Made by a program: the position numbers and the translations under genes. A stretch of 64,000 nucleotides of DNA from the NCBI GenBank assembly GCA_965262915.1, contig OZ253564.1:2464001-2528000 (forward strand). The letters are read 5' to 3'. How positions within the stretch are numbered: the stretch's first letter is position 1; each line of letters starts with the position of its first letter. Shown here in pieces: positions 27,231 through 37,129 of this stretch. The notes under the pieces are model-generated. The model did not search any database. It was not told where the DNA came from and saw nothing but the letters and a program-made list of their open reading frames with translations. The DNA comes from Candidatus Spongiisociaceae bacterium. Lineage in GTDB: Bacteria > Actinomycetota > Acidimicrobiia > Spongiisociales > Spongiisociaceae.

Positions 27231-28928
27231 ATGGCGGAGACGGCTTTTCTTCCTGCCGGTATCGACGTTCGCAACAACGTGAGGGTGCCGATGCGTGACG
27301 GGGTCGAGCTCTCCATCGACATCTACTTCCCGGCCAAGGGCGGAGGACCGTTCCCGGTGATCCTGGCGCGGACACCGTACGACAACATGTCGGAGGGCTT
27401 GGTCGATTCCGCCATCTTCTTCGCCCAGAACGGCTATGCCTTCGCCGCCCAGGACTGCCGCGGGCGCAACGACTCGGACGGCCGCTTCAACCCGTGGGTC
27501 CAGGAGTTCGAGGACGGGCACGACACGGTCGAGTGGCTCGGCTCGCAGGTCTGGTGCGACGGGAACATCGGCATGCACGGCGACTCGTACGTGGGCGGTG
27601 TGCAGTGGATGGCGGCCGTCATGGGCAGCCCGTATCTGAAGGCGATCGTTCCCCGGGTCATCGGTGACGACCTCCACAATTCGCCGCACTACCAGAGTGG
27701 GGCGTTCACGTTGCACCTCAACGCCACTTGGAGCTACCGCATGGGGGGACGCACCTGGCAGCTGATCGACCGGTTCAACTGGAAGCGCATTTTCCCGGTG
27801 CTGCCGCTGCGGGCCATACCGGCGTTCGGCGGCAAGGACGTTCACTTCTTTCAGGACTGGTTGGACCATCCCGACTACGACGACTACTGGAAGCCCCTGG
27901 CGATCAAGGAACAGTACGAGAAGGTGAGGATTCCGGTGCTGCAGATCGGCGGCTGGTACGACATCTTCGCCGGTGGGACGATGAACAACTTCGTCGGGAT
28001 GCAGCAGCGGGGCGGCTCCGAGCTAGCTCGCAACCACCAGCGGGTCGTCATGGGGCCGTGGCACCACCACACCAACACCGAGACCCACGCGGGGGAGATC
28101 GACTTCGGCAAGGCCTCGGTGCTGGATGTCAACGAGATCCAACTGCGGTGGTACGACCACTGGCTGAAGGGCGAGGACAACGGGGTCGATGCGGATCCGC
28201 CATTGCGTATCTACACGATGGGCACCGACGAGTGGCGCGACGAGCACGAGTGGCCGCTAGCTCGGACCGAGTTCACTCCCTGGTACTTCCACAGCGACGG
28301 GTCGGCCAACTCCCTCCTGGGCGACGGAGCCCTGTCCACCGAGTCGTGCACCGACGAGCCGGCCGACGGATACGTCTACAACCCCGGGTACCCGACCCCC
28401 ACCATGGGCGGGACCACCTGCTGCAATCCCGAGATCGTCGACTGGGGCTCCTTCGACCAACGACCGGTCGAGTACCGCAACGATGTCCTCGTGTACACGT
28501 CGCAGCCGCTCGAAGAGGATCTCGAGGTCACCGGGCCGGTGGTTGTCAAGCTGTTCGCCGGCACCGACGGGAAGGATACGGACTTCACCGCGAAGCTCGT
28601 CGATGTCCATCCGGACGGGTTCGCCAGGAACCTCTGCGACGGCATCATCCGCGGCCGGTACCGGGAGGGCGCCGAGCGCCAGGTGTTGCTGGAGCCGGAT
28701 GAGGTCTACGAGTTCACGATCGATCTTTGGGTCACCAGCAACGTGTTCAGGAGGGGACACAGCATCAGGGTGGAGATCGCGAGCAGCAACTTCCCCCGCT
28801 TCGACCGCAACCTCAACACGGGCAACCCGATTGCCGACGACGACCAGATCCGGGTTGCCCGCCAGACCGTCCACCACGACACGACCCGGCCCTCCCACAT
28901 AGTGCTGCCGGTGATACCTCCTGGTTGA
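27231..28928 (+). CDS. CocE/NonD family hydrolase
   Basis: MRDGVEL, RTPY, QDCRGR, GDSYVG, GGWYD, GPWHH, SSNFPRFDRN. Confidence 0.95.
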   Translation: MAETAFLPAGIDVRNNVRVPMRDGVELSIDIYFPAKGGGPFPVILARTPYDNMSEGLVDSAIFFAQNGYAFAAQDCRGRNDSDGRFNPWVQEFEDGHDTVEWLGSQVWCDGNIGMHGDSYVGGVQWMAAVMGSPYLKAIVPRVIGDDLHNSPHYQSGAFTLHLNATWSYRMGGRTWQLIDRFNWKRIFPVLPLRAIPAFGGKDVHFFQDWLDHPDYDDYWKPLAIKEQYEKVRIPVLQIGGWYDIFAGGTMNNFVGMQQRGGSELARNHQRVVMGPWHHHTNTETHAGEIDFGKASVLDVNEIQLRWYDHWLKGEDNGVDADPPLRIYTMGTDEWRDEHEWPLARTEFTPWYFHSDGSANSLLGDGALSTESCTDEPADGYVYNPGYPTPTMGGTTCCNPEIVDWGSFDQRPVEYRNDVLVYTSQPLEEDLEVTGPVVVKLFAGTDGKDTDFTAKLVDVHPDGFARNLCDGIIRGRYREGAERQVLLEPDEVYEFTIDLWVTSNVFRRGHSIRVEIASSNFPRFDRNLNTGNPIADDDQIRVARQTVHHDTTRPSHIVLPVIPPG

Positions 28929-29108
28929 GGCCGAGCTCTTCGCTCAAGAACCGTTATCAGTTGCCGGTAGTCAGTGGTGCGACCGGGCAACAGGACCAGG
29001 TCTTGAGGGTCCTTTGCGCTGGTCGGTGGCCAACCAAGGCCACCGTGCACCCAGACCGTGGCTGAGGGTCTCTACCGTTGGGCCCACTACGCGGCCAGTG
29101 TCTTGTGG

Positions 29109-30383
29109 TCAGTTGCCCTGATCGAGGACCGTTGTCCAGAGCCGGTCGATGGGCATCGCATGGATGCGGTCCTCAGGATGGCTGTTCCATTCTCCGGTGT
29201 GGAACGCTACGCCGGCTTTGAAGCGGTCTCCGAGTTCGTCGCGCAGGGTTCGCAGGCCGCGCCCGCTTCGAGGCTGCCAGCCTCCTGCTGCTTTGATCTC
29301 GAACGCCAATACGGAACCGTCGGACTGTTCCACGACCAGGTCGACTTCAAGGCCTCCTCTGGTTCGCCAGTGCCCGACTGTGGGTGTGTGGTCCATCCAC
29401 GACACTTGCTTGAGAATCTCACCTACGGTGAACGTCTCGAGCAGATGACCGAACTGCTGCAGGGCCGTCCCGTCCCGTCTCGCTAGCCGATCCTCTGAGA
29501 GGCCGAGGAGTCGTGCCGCTAGTCCGGAGTCGACGATGTGAAGCTTGGGGTGTTTGGTCGCTCGGGCGCGCAGAGTGGTTCGCCAGGCCGGTAGACGGCT
29601 GATAAGGAAGGAGGACTCGAGGAGGCCCGTGTAGGTGTGGGCTGTCTTTTGTTTGAGTCCCGCGGCGTCTCCTGCAGACGTAACATTCAGTACTTGGCCG
29701 GTCTGGGAAGCGAGCCGGTGGAACATCCGGCGCAGTCCAGCCGGGTCGCGTACATTGGACAGTTCGTCGCGTATTTGTTCGAGGCATAATTCGACATAGT
29801 TGTCGTACCATCGTTGCCGGCCGGCTGTGCTCATCGGCCGCGTTGGAGGGAAACCGCCTTGAACCACCCGCTGTACGTACTGTTCGCGGGCCGTAGCGGA
29901 TCGGTATCCGTCGTGCAGGGATTCGGGGTCGGTGAAGAGCCTGTCGACCAGGTTCTCGCGGACGGATGCAGCTTCTCCTTGAGAAAACGGGTAGAGGGGC
30001 AGCCGGTAGAGCCTGCCTGTGAGGAACCGTGACAGATCGGGCCGTACGGTGTCGCTTACCGTCGACCCCGTGAGGACGAACTGGCCGGGCGATCCGTCCT
30101 GGTTGAGTTGGTTCTTGATGGCGGCTAGCAGTCCGGGAACGTGCTGGTACTCGTCGATTAGCACGGGACGGGGTCCTGTGACGAGGATTCGGGGGTCCAG
30201 TCGGGCGAAGGTGCGTGTGGCAGGATCGTCGAGGTCGATCATCTCCACCGAAAACGACGCGGCAAGGGAGCGGAGGAGCGTGGTCTTCCCAACGGACCGG
30301 GGTCCTTGAACCAACACCACCGGGATCTCTTCCATCCGGAGACGGACTATCCCCTCGAGTTGTCGAGCAACCGTTGCCGTCAC
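29109..30383 (-). CDS. AAA_14 ATP-binding protein with DUF4143 C-terminus
   Basis: QGPRSVGKT, LIDEYQ, FVLTGS, GGFP, KLHIVDSG, WRTRGGLEVDLV..FEIK. Confidence 0.92.
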   Translation of the reverse strand: MTATVARQLEGIVRLRMEEIPVVLVQGPRSVGKTTLLRSLAASFSVEMIDLDDPATRTFARLDPRILVTGPRPVLIDEYQHVPGLLAAIKNQLNQDGSPGQFVLTGSTVSDTVRPDLSRFLTGRLYRLPLYPFSQGEAASVRENLVDRLFTDPESLHDGYRSATAREQYVQRVVQGGFPPTRPMSTAGRQRWYDNYVELCLEQIRDELSNVRDPAGLRRMFHRLASQTGQVLNVTSAGDAAGLKQKTAHTYTGLLESSFLISRLPAWRTTLRARATKHPKLHIVDSGLAARLLGLSEDRLARRDGTALQQFGHLLETFTVGEILKQVSWMDHTPTVGHWRTRGGLEVDLVVEQSDGSVLAFEIKAAGGWQPRSGRGLRTLRDELGDRFKAGVAFHTGEWNSHPEDRIHAMPIDRLWTTVLDQGN

Positions 30384-30423
30384 CTCGGGGTCCTTGCCTC
30401 TCGTCAGCTACCGGGTGTCTAAG

Positions 30424-30505
30424 TTACACGATTGGCCAACTGTTTATTACAGCATTGGCCTATTGGTTGTTACTAGATCGACATGCCTGATCTGCCGAAT
30501 TGGCC
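30424..30505. repeat. Degenerate 23-bp-period repeats upstream of the DUF4143 ATPase
   Basis: TTACACGATTGGCC (30424), TTACAGCATTGGCC (30447), TTACTAGATCGACA (30470), ATTGGCC (30499). Confidence 0.6.
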
Positions 30506-30671
30506 TGAACTGCCCACCCGCGGCAAGCCGTGGTCGTAGCTGGGTTGGGGGCGCAGGAATCCGGATGCCCCGCACAATTCGAGGACCGCTGCGGGCATTG
30601 TCGCTAGCCTGAGCTACGGCCTCGATCGGAACCGATCCACTGGCGGCCACATAATCTATTGGGAGGTTCAC

Positions 30672-32117
30672 ATGCGTCCGACTGTTGCCGACCTTCCTTG
30701 GAGTCAGTTGCCGGAACCTCTGACGAGGAGACTGGCCGACTGGGCATACGACCTTTCTTACGCGGATCTAGGCCAAGAAGAGCGCGAGGCGGTGGTGCGC
30801 CTGTGCCGGGACTTCGTGGTGATATCGCTGGCTGCCTCGACCGGTCGGGGCGTGGGCGAGTCGTCGGGCCCCGGCCTGGAGCCCTTGGTGAAGCTGGCCG
30901 CTCTCTATCCCGGTTCGTGCACCATCCTCGGACGGGATGTGACCACCACGCCCCAGCATGCGGCCATAGTGAACGGCGCCTTTGCCCACACCCTCAACCT
31001 GATGGACGTGCATCGGTGGAGCGCTCCAACCCATATCTGTCCCGGGGTCTTTCCGGCGGTCTTTGCCCTGGCGGAGACCAGGGAGGTTGCCTTCCCCGAG
31101 TTCGCGGTGGCGGTGGTGGTGGGCGTGGAGGGGATAGCCAAGCTGGGTATGGCGCTCAACGTCGGCCAGGGGGTGATCGACACCACCGACGCCAACGCTC
31201 CCGGAGCGGCGCTGGCGGGCGCCAAGTTGCTCGGCCTGGACCGGGACGGGCATGCCGATGCGTTGGGGATCGGTGCCTACCTGGCGGTGGGCGGCACCAT
31301 CTCGCTCGAGTTGACCTCTCCCGGGTACTGGACCAGGCCGCTGCTCAGCGGTTGGCAACCCGGTACCGGCGTGATCTCCGCCATGCTGGCCCGGGAGGGG
31401 CTGCGGGGGTCCCCTCGGGTGCTGGAGGCCGCCACGGGCTTCCTGAACGCGCGGAGCCTGGTTCCCGACCCCGCTCCCCTGTCGGCGCTCGGCGACCCGT
31501 TCGAGGTCACGCGGGTGGGTCTGAAGCCTTACCCGACCACCAGGTACATCCACTCGGAGATCGAGGCCCTGCTGCGCATCGTCGTGGAGGAGGATCTGGC
31601 CCCTGACGACGTGGAGAGGGTCGTGATCGAGAAACCGCGGTCCATGCACCTGGTCACTGGAACGGATGACCGCCTCGATCCGTCCGCCCCAGAGGTGGCC
31701 CGCCTCAGCTCGTTCTTCTTCGCCGCCAAGGTCATCAAGGATCGCCGGGCCTGGCTGGATGCCCTCGAACCCGCCTCGCTTCATGACGCCGAGACGAAGC
31801 AACTCATGGACCGGGTCGAGTGTCGACCGGCTGCGGATCTGGATGCCTTCTTCCCGGAGGGATTGCCGGCGAGGGTGACGGTGGAGAAACGGGACGGGAC
31901 TTCGGTTACCAGGACGATCCACCACCCGCGGGGTGAGCCGGAGCGGCCGCTGTCCGAGGCCGAGCTCATGGCCAAGTACAACGCCTTGTACGACTACTGC
32001 CTCTCGGACTCGATGCCGAGGGCTCGTTTCGACGAGATCCTGGCCCGGTGCTCCGAGTTGGAGAGTTGCGAGGACATCGGGGCCTTCGTCGGTTCTCTCG
32101 GCGCCGATGCGTCCTGA
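30672..32117 (+). CDS. MmgE/PrpD family protein
   Basis: AAIVNGAFAH, KPYPTTRYIH, HPRGEPERPLS. Confidence 0.88.
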   Translation: MRPTVADLPWSQLPEPLTRRLADWAYDLSYADLGQEEREAVVRLCRDFVVISLAASTGRGVGESSGPGLEPLVKLAALYPGSCTILGRDVTTTPQHAAIVNGAFAHTLNLMDVHRWSAPTHICPGVFPAVFALAETREVAFPEFAVAVVVGVEGIAKLGMALNVGQGVIDTTDANAPGAALAGAKLLGLDRDGHADALGIGAYLAVGGTISLELTSPGYWTRPLLSGWQPGTGVISAMLAREGLRGSPRVLEAATGFLNARSLVPDPAPLSALGDPFEVTRVGLKPYPTTRYIHSEIEALLRIVVEEDLAPDDVERVVIEKPRSMHLVTGTDDRLDPSAPEVARLSSFFFAAKVIKDRRAWLDALEPASLHDAETKQLMDRVECRPAADLDAFFPEGLPARVTVEKRDGTSVTRTIHHPRGEPERPLSEAELMAKYNALYDYCLSDSMPRARFDEILARCSELESCEDIGAFVGSLGADAS

Positions 32118-32164
32118 TCCGCAAGTCCGGTAGTCCTCCGGATACCTGAGAAAGGAAGCGTGAC

Positions 32165-32584
32165 ATGTCCCTCCCCGCCGCCGACAAGGTCGAGATCCAC
32201 GAACTGGTAGCCCGATACAACCGGGCTATCGACTCGGGCGATGTGGAGGGCTGGGTGGATACCTTCCTCCCGGACGGGGTGTTCGAGGGTCTGGTGGTCC
32301 CCACCTTCCGGGGCCACGACGAGTTACGGGCCTTCGCCACCGAATTCTGGACCGAACCCGAGTACGCCGAGTGGCGGGGCGCCCAGCACTGGACCACCAA
32401 CATGATCATCGATGGCGAGGGTGACCGAGCCACCCTGTTCGCCTACCACATAATGTTCACGCCCCACGGTCCGGGTGCCAACCCTGCCCTGCTGGCCGCC
32501 TACGACGACGAACTTCGCAAAGTGGATGGCCGGTGGCGCTTCTCCCGGCGCCGCGTGATCGAGTTCCCCGGCGACGTGGCCTGA
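32165..32584 (+). CDS. SnoaL-like / NTF2 family protein
   Basis: DKVEIHELVARYNRAIDSGD..W...F.PDG, YDDELRKVDGRWRF. Confidence 0.88.
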   Translation: MSLPAADKVEIHELVARYNRAIDSGDVEGWVDTFLPDGVFEGLVVPTFRGHDELRAFATEFWTEPEYAEWRGAQHWTTNMIIDGEGDRATLFAYHIMFTPHGPGANPALLAAYDDELRKVDGRWRFSRRRVIEFPGDVA

Positions 32585-32769
32585 CCCGCAGAGTCAGCCT
32601 GCCTAGCGCTGTGAAGGGTGGGCGCCGGTCCCGTGGGCTGCATGCGCCGGGAGGTGGTGAGTTTCGGCCGATGATCAGAGCCCGGTAGACCAGGAGCCGG
32701 CCATTGGCGAAGGAATGGCTGATTGACGCCGCACTCCACGCTTGCGGGTAATCGCCGAATCCCGCGTCA

Positions 32770-32974
32770 GGTCGCGAAAAACGCGACCGCCGGCTTGTCC
32801 TCCGGGCCCTCCCCCGCCACCACCGTTCCTGAGTTCCGAGCGCGTTCTGCCCGCACCTGGGGGGCTGTCCGGCACCTAGATTCGTGATCCCTCGGGCGGT
32901 CGAAATGACGTCCGGTTCGAGACCGCCGGGTGTTTGACACCAACCAATATGCCACAGGGTTGTGACAGGTTCAA
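32770..32974 (-). ncRNA. RNA cassette copy 4
   Basis: TTGAAC 32974-69, TGTCAC, CATATT. AAACACC, GACGTC loop (32907), GGGATCA, GGTGGTGGCG, GGTCGCG-TTTTT-CGCGACC. Confidence 0.6.
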
Positions 32975-33038
32975 CCCTCTCGAGCGGGCAAGTTCCTCCC
33001 CGGATGGGCTTCCGGCCACCCGAGAGCCGTGTGGCGGG

Positions 33039-34088
33039 TCAGTCGCCCAGGGAGTCGACGATGTGCATGATCCCGTCTCTGGCCATGGGGTTGGGCAGGT
33101 AGCTGCTGAAACCGGGGTAGAGCGGGAAGATGATCGGCAGGGTGATGCCGGCCGCCCGGTACACGTCGATCTTCTCCCGGCACATCTCCGGCGTTCCGTA
33201 GACGGTCACCGCGTCGGCCATCTCGTCGTCGATCAGGTCCACGGCGGCCTCCATGTCCCCCGCCTCGACCCGTTCGGTCACTTGGCGGGCGATCTCTCCC
33301 TTGCCGCGGCGGTTGAAGTAGGTGCGGTAGTAGTGGTACGAGGACATGTGGATGGCCACGTCGTGCTTGGCCGCCAGCTTGGCGGCCTCCACGTCCTCGC
33401 TGACCGAGGTCGGCAGGTAGCACCCGAGCTCGATCTCGGCCGGATCCCGACCTACCCGGGCCGCTCCCCTGGCCACAGCCTCCTTCATGACCGGCACGAA
33501 GTCGAGCGGCACGAAGATCGGCGCCACCCCGTCGGCGATCTCGCCGGCCAACTCGAAGGTCTTCTCGGCCAGCGCACCGTAGAAGATCTCGATGTTGTCG
33601 CGGTACGGTCCCAGCCACGGCTCGTAGTCGCGGACGTGGAAGACCTCACCCCGGTAGCGGACCGGCTCGCCCTGGTAGGCGCCCTTGATGACGGCGCGGG
33701 TCAACTCGGTGGTCTCGCGCAGCCTCTGCAGCGGCCGCTCGAAGGGGGAAGGCCGGTTGATCTCCACGTCGTCGCGCATCAGGTGGATCTCGCGATGGCC
33801 GACCCCCAGGCCCAGGCGGAACCGGCCCTCGGAGATGGAGTCGACGGTGGCGGCGGCGATGGCGATGGTGGTCGGGTTGCGGGTGAACACCGTCGCCACG
33901 CCGGTGCCCAGGATTATCTGCTCGGTCTCGCGGGCGCATGCGGCCAGGAAACAGAACGGGTCCGAGAAGCTCTCGATTATGTAGGCGGACTCGTAGCCGC
34001 GCCGGTCGGCCAGCTTGACCACGTCGATGAGATCGTTGATCGGCATGCCTCCCCAGAGGCCGAGCCCGAGCCTGTCCATGTGAAACAC
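33039..34088 (-). CDS. LLM-class flavin/F420-dependent oxidoreductase
   Basis: LGTGV...RNP..IA..AATVD.ISEGRFRLGLG, ELAGEIADG. Confidence 0.92.
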   Translation of the reverse strand: MFHMDRLGLGLWGGMPINDLIDVVKLADRRGYESAYIIESFSDPFCFLAACARETEQIILGTGVATVFTRNPTTIAIAAATVDSISEGRFRLGLGVGHREIHLMRDDVEINRPSPFERPLQRLRETTELTRAVIKGAYQGEPVRYRGEVFHVRDYEPWLGPYRDNIEIFYGALAEKTFELAGEIADGVAPIFVPLDFVPVMKEAVARGAARVGRDPAEIELGCYLPTSVSEDVEAAKLAAKHDVAIHMSSYHYYRTYFNRRGKGEIARQVTERVEAGDMEAAVDLIDDEMADAVTVYGTPEMCREKIDVYRAAGITLPIIFPLYPGFSSYLPNPMARDGIMHIVDSLGD

Positions 34089-34177
34089 CCGCCTTTCTGT
34101 CGTCGCTGTCGTCGTCCCTCAGACCATGCGCTGGTGGGCGAGCATCGAGCTCGCGAGAAATACGCTACGCAAAGGGG

Positions 34178-34385
34178 TTGACCTTGTCACACCCGTGCCG
34201 CACAATAGGTGATACCAAACACCGGTGCGGCATCGAACCGGACGTCCTTCGGCCGCCCGCGGGATCATCAAGCTCGGAACCAGGTCGGCATCACCGAAGG
34301 CAGCGGCAGGACGCGTTCCGACCCCAGGAAAGGTGGTGGTGGGGGTGGGCCCGCCGGAGGGTCGGCGGGGGCGATTTTCGCGACC
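34178..34385 (+). ncRNA. RNA cassette copy 5
   Basis: TTGACC 34178, TGTCAC 34185, CACAAT 34201. AAACACC, GACGTC loop (34241), GGGATCA, GGTGGTGGTG, GCGATTTTCGCGACC. Confidence 0.6.
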
Positions 34386-34458
34386 TGGGGGCGTGGATCC
34401 AGCTTGGCCGGGCACCCGGTCGACGTGGTCGACTGCACCTTGGCCGGGGGTGCGGTGA

Positions 34459-35466
34459 TCACGTCCCATCCGCTGTGCCAGGCGTCTGCGCCCGATCCGT
34501 TACGAGGTTCCTCGGGCGGGTGGAACGGGCCAGCAGCCGGGTGTCGGCGGCGAACTCCCCGGACCGGATGCACGACACCGAGTGCTTGTCGCCGTAGTCC
34601 TCCTCGGGAGGTTCCGCCTCCGAACAGGCGGCGATCGACCATGGGCAGCGGGGCTCCAGCGGGCATCCGGGGGGTCGCTCCATCGGGCTGGGGATCTCAC
34701 CGATGAGCTCCACCGGGGCCATCGGGACGGTCGGGTCCAATTCGAGAGCCGACTGCATCAGCGCCCGGGTGTAGGGGTGCAACGGGTCGACGAACAGCCG
34801 GTCGGTCGGGCCCCGCTCGACGATCTTTCCCAAGTACATGATGGCGACCCGCTCGGTGACCGACCGGATGGCGAGCAGGTCGTGGCTGATCAGCAGGATG
34901 GCGGTGGACGAGCTTCCCCGGAGCCGCTTGATCAGCTCCAGCACCCCGGCCCGGGCGTCGGGATCCAGCGCGGTGGTGGGCTCGTCGAGGATCAGCAGGT
35001 CGGGTTCGAGGATCAGGGCCCGGGCTATCGAGGCCCGCTGCAGCAGTTCCTCGGGGAGGCCGTCGCAGTTCAGCAGCAGGTGGGTGCGGTCGAGTCCGAC
35101 CAGGGCGGCCGCCTCCTCCACCCGGGTCGCCAACTCGGCACCTCTCCGGACACCGTGGGCGAGCAGCGGATCGGCGATCGCCTCCCACACCTGGAAACGC
35201 CGGTTTACCGAGTCGCGCGGCTCCTGGAACACCATCCCGACCTGCGCATCGTCCGTGCCCCAGGTGATGGTCCCGCCGTCTGGCGCCAGCAGCCCGGCCA
35301 GGCACCGTCCCACCGTGCTCTTGCCGGAGCCACTCTCGCCGATCAGCCCCAGCACCTCGCCCCGGTCGATCCGGAAGGAGGCTTCCGCCACGGCCACCAG
35401 CCGGTCCCCACCCTCGAGGCGGAAGACCTTGCGCAGCCGCTCGACGGTCACCACCCGGCTCATCAC
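34459..35466 (-). CDS. Peptide/nickel ABC transporter ATP-binding protein
   Basis: GESGSGKS, ILDEPTTALD, HPYTRAL, GCPLEPRC. Confidence 0.9.
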   Translation of the reverse strand: MMSRVVTVERLRKVFRLEGGDRLVAVAEASFRIDRGEVLGLIGESGSGKSTVGRCLAGLLAPDGGTITWGTDDAQVGMVFQEPRDSVNRRFQVWEAIADPLLAHGVRRGAELATRVEEAAALVGLDRTHLLLNCDGLPEELLQRASIARALILEPDLLILDEPTTALDPDARAGVLELIKRLRGSSSTAILLISHDLLAIRSVTERVAIMYLGKIVERGPTDRLFVDPLHPYTRALMQSALELDPTVPMAPVELIGEIPSPMERPPGCPLEPRCPWSIAACSEAEPPEEDYGDKHSVSCIRSGEFAADTRLLARSTRPRNLVTDRAQTPGTADGT

Positions 35467-36245
35467 ACCCTCGCCCGCGCCAGCATGGCCGCCCCCGTAT
35501 TGCTCTGCGGTCCGGAGAAGAAAGCCACAGGCGTGGTGTGCTCCACCACCCGGCCCCGCTCGAGCACCGTGATCGTGTCCGAATAGTGCGCCACCACCCC
35601 CAGGTCCTGGGTGGCGATGACCAGCGTGAAGCCTTTCTGCTCCCGCAGCGATGCCAGGAGGTCCATCAGTTGGCGCTGGATGGTGACATCGAGACCCCCG
35701 GTCGGATCGTCGGTCGCCAGGACGCTGGGTTCGAGCAGCAGGGCGAAGCCGAGCAGCACCCGCTTGCGCATACCGCCGCTGAGCTCATCGGGCAAAGATG
35801 CCAGGACCCGGTCGGGATCGGCGATGCCCAGGTCGAGGAGGGCGGTGCGGGCCCGGTCCCGGATGGCGGCCCTCCGCTGCGACCTCCGCCGGCTCTGGCC
35901 GGCCAGCACCGAACAGACATCCTCGAAGTGGCGCCCCACCCTTATGACCGGGTTCAGTGCCTCCCTTCCGGAAGCGGGTACGAACAGCAGCCGTCTCCGT
36001 CGCATGACCAGCCGCTCGGCCGGGTCGAGAGTGGCCGGTTCGAGGCCGTCGACGGTCAACCGGCCGCTGACACGGGCCGCCGCGGGCCACATGCCGACCA
36101 GAGCACGGAGGAGAACCGTCTTGCCCGCCTCCCTCTCACCGATGAAGGCGTGGGTGAGGCCCGGGGCCAGATCGAAGGTGACCTCATCCAGCAGGCGCTT
36201 GTCGCCGATGGCGAGCGTGAAACGGTCGGCGGTGATGCCGCTCAT
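35463..36245 (-). CDS. Peptide/nickel ABC transporter ATP-binding protein
   Basis: GEREAGKT, ELSGGMRKR, DDPTGGLDVTIQ. Start at MSGIT. Confidence 0.85.
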   Translation of the reverse strand: MSGITADRFTLAIGDKRLLDEVTFDLAPGLTHAFIGEREAGKTVLLRALVGMWPAAARVSGRLTVDGLEPATLDPAERLVMRRRRLLFVPASGREALNPVIRVGRHFEDVCSVLAGQSRRRSQRRAAIRDRARTALLDLGIADPDRVLASLPDELSGGMRKRVLLGFALLLEPSVLATDDPTGGLDVTIQRQLMDLLASLREQKGFTLVIATQDLGVVAHYSDTITVLERGRVVEHTTPVAFFSGPQSNTGAAMLARARV

Positions 36246-37129
36246 CCGAACATCCTGTCCGCCCAGCGGTGGGACCTGGACAGAGTACCCGAACCTCCGC
36301 GGGACGGCGCCTCCCTGAGGCCCTCCCCCAGCAGCGAGAAGCCGAAGATGGTGAAGGCCAGCGACAGTCCGGGGAACAGCGACGGCCACCACTCCCCCGT
36401 GCCGAGCTGGTTCGAGCCCTCGGAGATCATCACCCCCCACTCCGCGGTGGGAAGGCGGACGCCCGCACCGACGAAGCTCAGGCCGGCGGTCAGCAGGATC
36501 GAGAAACCGATCATCACCGACACCAGGGAGGCGGCCGGACCCAGCGCGTTGGGCAGGACATGCCGGAAGGCGATCCGCAGCCGACTCCAGCCGGCGATGA
36601 TGGCCGCCTCGACGAACGGTTCTTCCCGCAACACCAGGATTCCGGTGCGGATCTGCCGCACGAACACCGGGGTGTTGACGAAGGCCAGGCCGAGTATCAG
36701 GTTGACGGGACCGGCCCCGAGCACCGCCACCAGTGCCAGGGCGAACACGAACACCGGGAAGGCCTGCATGACATCCATACCCCGCATGATGACCTGGGCC
36801 GAGAAGCCGCCGATCCGTCCGCGGTCCTCGAACATCCCGGCGACTGTCCCCAGCGGGATGCCTATGAAGAACGCCAGAAGGGTGGCCGCCAGCCCCACGG
36901 TCAGGTCGACGCGGGGGGCGTAGAGAGTTCTGGTAAGAATATCCATGCCCCTGCGGTCCGTGCCGAAGAGGAAATCACCGTCGGGTCCCGACAGTATCTC
37001 GCCGGTCAACTCCTCCGACCCGTACGGGGTGATCACCGGGGCGAGGAGAGCCAGCAGGACTATCAGGCCCACGATGGCCGCGCCCCATACCGTCTTGGCC
37101 CCGTAGCGGTCGAACACCTCCCGGATCAT
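36242..37129 (-). CDS. ABC transporter permease (DppC-like)
   Basis: FGTDRRGMDI, FVEAA..G, RHVLPN, EWG.MI. Confidence 0.92.
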   Translation of the reverse strand: MIREVFDRYGAKTVWGAAIVGLIVLLALLAPVITPYGSEELTGEILSGPDGDFLFGTDRRGMDILTRTLYAPRVDLTVGLAATLLAFFIGIPLGTVAGMFEDRGRIGGFSAQVIMRGMDVMQAFPVFVFALALVAVLGAGPVNLILGLAFVNTPVFVRQIRTGILVLREEPFVEAAIIAGWSRLRIAFRHVLPNALGPAASLVSVMIGFSILLTAGLSFVGAGVRLPTAEWGVMISEGSNQLGTGEWWPSLFPGLSLAFTIFGFSLLGEGLREAPSRGGSGTLSRSHRWADRMFG

